From IMG/VR virus record IMGVR_UViG_2651869725_000007: a stretch of 30,931 nucleotides of DNA. One strand, written 5' to 3'. Made by a program: the position numbers and the translations under genes. The notes beneath the pieces are model-generated. The model saw nothing but the letters and a program-made list of their open reading frames with translations, had not been told where the DNA came from and did not search any database. Positions 29,551 to 30,931 of this stretch are shown one piece after another. Position 1 is the first letter of the stretch, and every line of letters begins with the position of its first letter. This DNA is from a virus (taxonomy: Duplodnaviria > Heunggongvirae > Uroviricota > Caudoviricetes).

Positions 29551-29871
29551 ATGGAATTTAAAGATTTACCAATGCAATTCCAGGAAATGGCAGCGAATAT
29601 AGTTCGTTCCCAACTGGCGACTCTTGACCTGAGTACCGTAGAAAAAGAAACCATCGATACTATATCCGGTAACGTGCGTCGTGCCTTTATCGGTCTGTAC
29701 GAAGAGAAGCAGCTCTCTGATAACCAGGATTTACATGAAAAATACTTCCTGGATCTAATGGACATCATTGATAAGGGGCTTGGCTTGTTAATGAAAAAGA
29801 AAGGAATTCGAATAGAACCCCTTGAAAATTACTTTTCAACAAAAAGCATTAATTCTTTTGATTCAAAATAA
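29551..29871 (+). CDS. hypothetical protein in an insertion between ydfC and dicF
   Basis: 106-aa ORF with a GAGG ribosome-binding site; AT-rich 3' half; no family recognised. Confidence 0.5.
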   Translation: MEFKDLPMQFQEMAANIVRSQLATLDLSTVEKETIDTISGNVRRAFIGLYEEKQLSDNQDLHEKYFLDLMDIIDKGLGLLMKKKGIRIEPLENYFSTKSINSFDSK

Positions 29872-30124
29872 GAGAATTAATTACAGACTTAACATGCTCT
29901 TTCTCATGATTGAAGCTCTCATGATTGAAAGTGCCAGGTTGAAGCGAGTCGATATAATCAACAAGACTCTGTCGTACGACTTCATTTTTATCCATAACAG
30001 ATGCAAGAAATGAAATTGCTAAAAGAGTTATATCACTACGCGCCGCAGCATGCTGCAATGCTTTATCAAAATTATTAATCTGGCGTATCAGGGAGTTAAT
30101 GATTTCATCATTTTCAGTCGACAT
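29849..30124 (-). CDS. hypothetical protein, convergent with and antisense to the dicB operon
   Basis: 91-aa product from the ATG at 30122-30124 with a strong GGAGGG ribosome-binding site; 3' end overlaps the 106-aa gene by about 23 nt. Confidence 0.5.
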   Translation of the reverse strand: MSTENDEIINSLIRQINNFDKALQHAAARSDITLLAISFLASVMDKNEVVRQSLVDYIDSLQPGTFNHESFNHEKEHVKSVINSLILNQKN

Positions 30125-30458
30125 TTCACCCTCCTGAGGGTTGGTGATTAAGGAGTTCTCCACGGGTGAGGTGGAGTGCGTGCGCCGGACACGGGTGAGC
30201 ATCCGGCACTGACAGTTTACTGAAAGGATATTTCTCTGAAAAGTCAGAGCATAACGCGAAAGCGCACGGCGAGGTTGCTGGTTCATAGATAGCCTGTCGT
30301 TAAATTTTCGTCGACCGTGCGCTTCCGGTTGTGGCACTCCGCGAAATGGCGCGGCGGTAAGTATGGCGGGGTTATTCCTTCACCGTTGAGGACACCGGGT
30401 TGTCAGGTTGACCATACGCTTAAGTGATAACCCCGCTGCAACGCCCTCTGTTATCAAT

Positions 30459-30511
30459 TTTCTGGTGACGTTTGGCGGTATCAGTTTTACTCCGTGACTG
30501 CTCTGCCGCCC
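30459..30511 (+). ncRNA. dicF: DicF small regulatory RNA
   Basis: 53 nt TTTCTGGTGACGTTTGGCGGTATCAGTTTTACTCCGTGACTGCTCTGCCGCCC followed by TTTTT; matches K-12 DicF as recalled; about 175 nt upstream of dicB. Confidence 0.8.
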
Positions 30512-30685
30512 TTTTTAAAGTGAATTTTGTGATGCGGTGAATGCGGCTAAGCGCACGCGGAACAGTTAAAACCAAAAACAGTGTTATGGGTGGATTCTCT
30601 GTATCCGGCGTTAATTGTTAACTGGTTAACGTCACCTGGAGGCACCAGGCACCGCATCACAAAATTCATTGTTGAGGACGCGATA

Positions 30686-30874
30686 ATGGAAACGTTATTA
30701 CCAAACGTTAATACGTCTGAAGGTTGTTTTGAAATTGGTGTCACTATCAGTAACCCTGTATTTACTGAAGATGCCATTAACAAGAGAAAACACGAACGGG
30801 AGCTATTAAATAAAATATGCATTCTTTCAATGTTGGCCCGTTTACGTCCGATACAAAAAGGATGCTGGCAATGA
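30686..30874 (+). CDS. dicB: cell-division inhibitor DicB
   Basis: 62-aa product METLLPNVNTSEGCFEIGVTISNPVFTEDAINKRKHERELLNKICILSMLARLRPIQKGCWQ from the internal ATG of the track ORF. Confidence 0.85.
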   Translation: METLLPNVNTSEGCFEIGVTISNPVFTEDAINKRKHERELLNKICILSMLARLRPIQKGCWQ

Positions 30875-30931
30875 ATACAGCATTTGCACTTGTTCTGACA
30901 GTTTTTCTTGTTTCCGGAGAGCCAGTTGATA
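30871..30931 (+). CDS. ydfD: YdfD-like protein, N-terminal 20 aa only (runs off the window end)
   Basis: ATG overlapping the dicB stop (ATGA); MNTAFALVLTVFLVSGEPVD…. Confidence 0.5.
   Translation, partial: MNTAFALVLTVFLVSGEPVD

Overview
The window is almost entirely one lambdoid prophage lying in reverse orientation, so phage late and structural genes read on the minus strand from high to low coordinates. Identifications rest on reading the supplied ORF translations and on recalled sequences of lambda and E. coli K-12 Qin proteins; no database search was run. From high to low coordinates: a Qin-like dicB operon (dicA, ydfA/B/C, dicF sRNA, dicB, start of ydfD) diverging from dicC; a YdaT-like gene; O-like and P-like replication genes with iteron repeats inside the O-like gene; a nin-like region carrying a ModA-like binding protein and a hok toxin; rusA; a Q-like antiterminator with a candidate pR'/tR'; an orphan DNA methyltransferase; three tRNAs (Ile-CAU, Arg-UCG, Arg-UCU); a TerB-like protein; a pinholin / SAR-endolysin / Rz-Rz1 lysis cassette; cos; then a lambda-type head and tail module (Nu1, A, W, B, C/Nu3, D, E, FI, FII, Z, U, V, G/G-T, H, M, start of L). 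No CRISPR array, integrase or att site is present. The best candidates for undescribed cargo are small gene sets inserted at four points: between holin and endolysin, between ydfC and dicF, the TerB-like gene plus a coupled small membrane ORF in the slot where Stx phages carry stx, and a PerC-like / RHH pair between Rz and cos. None of these can be assigned a function from sequence alone.
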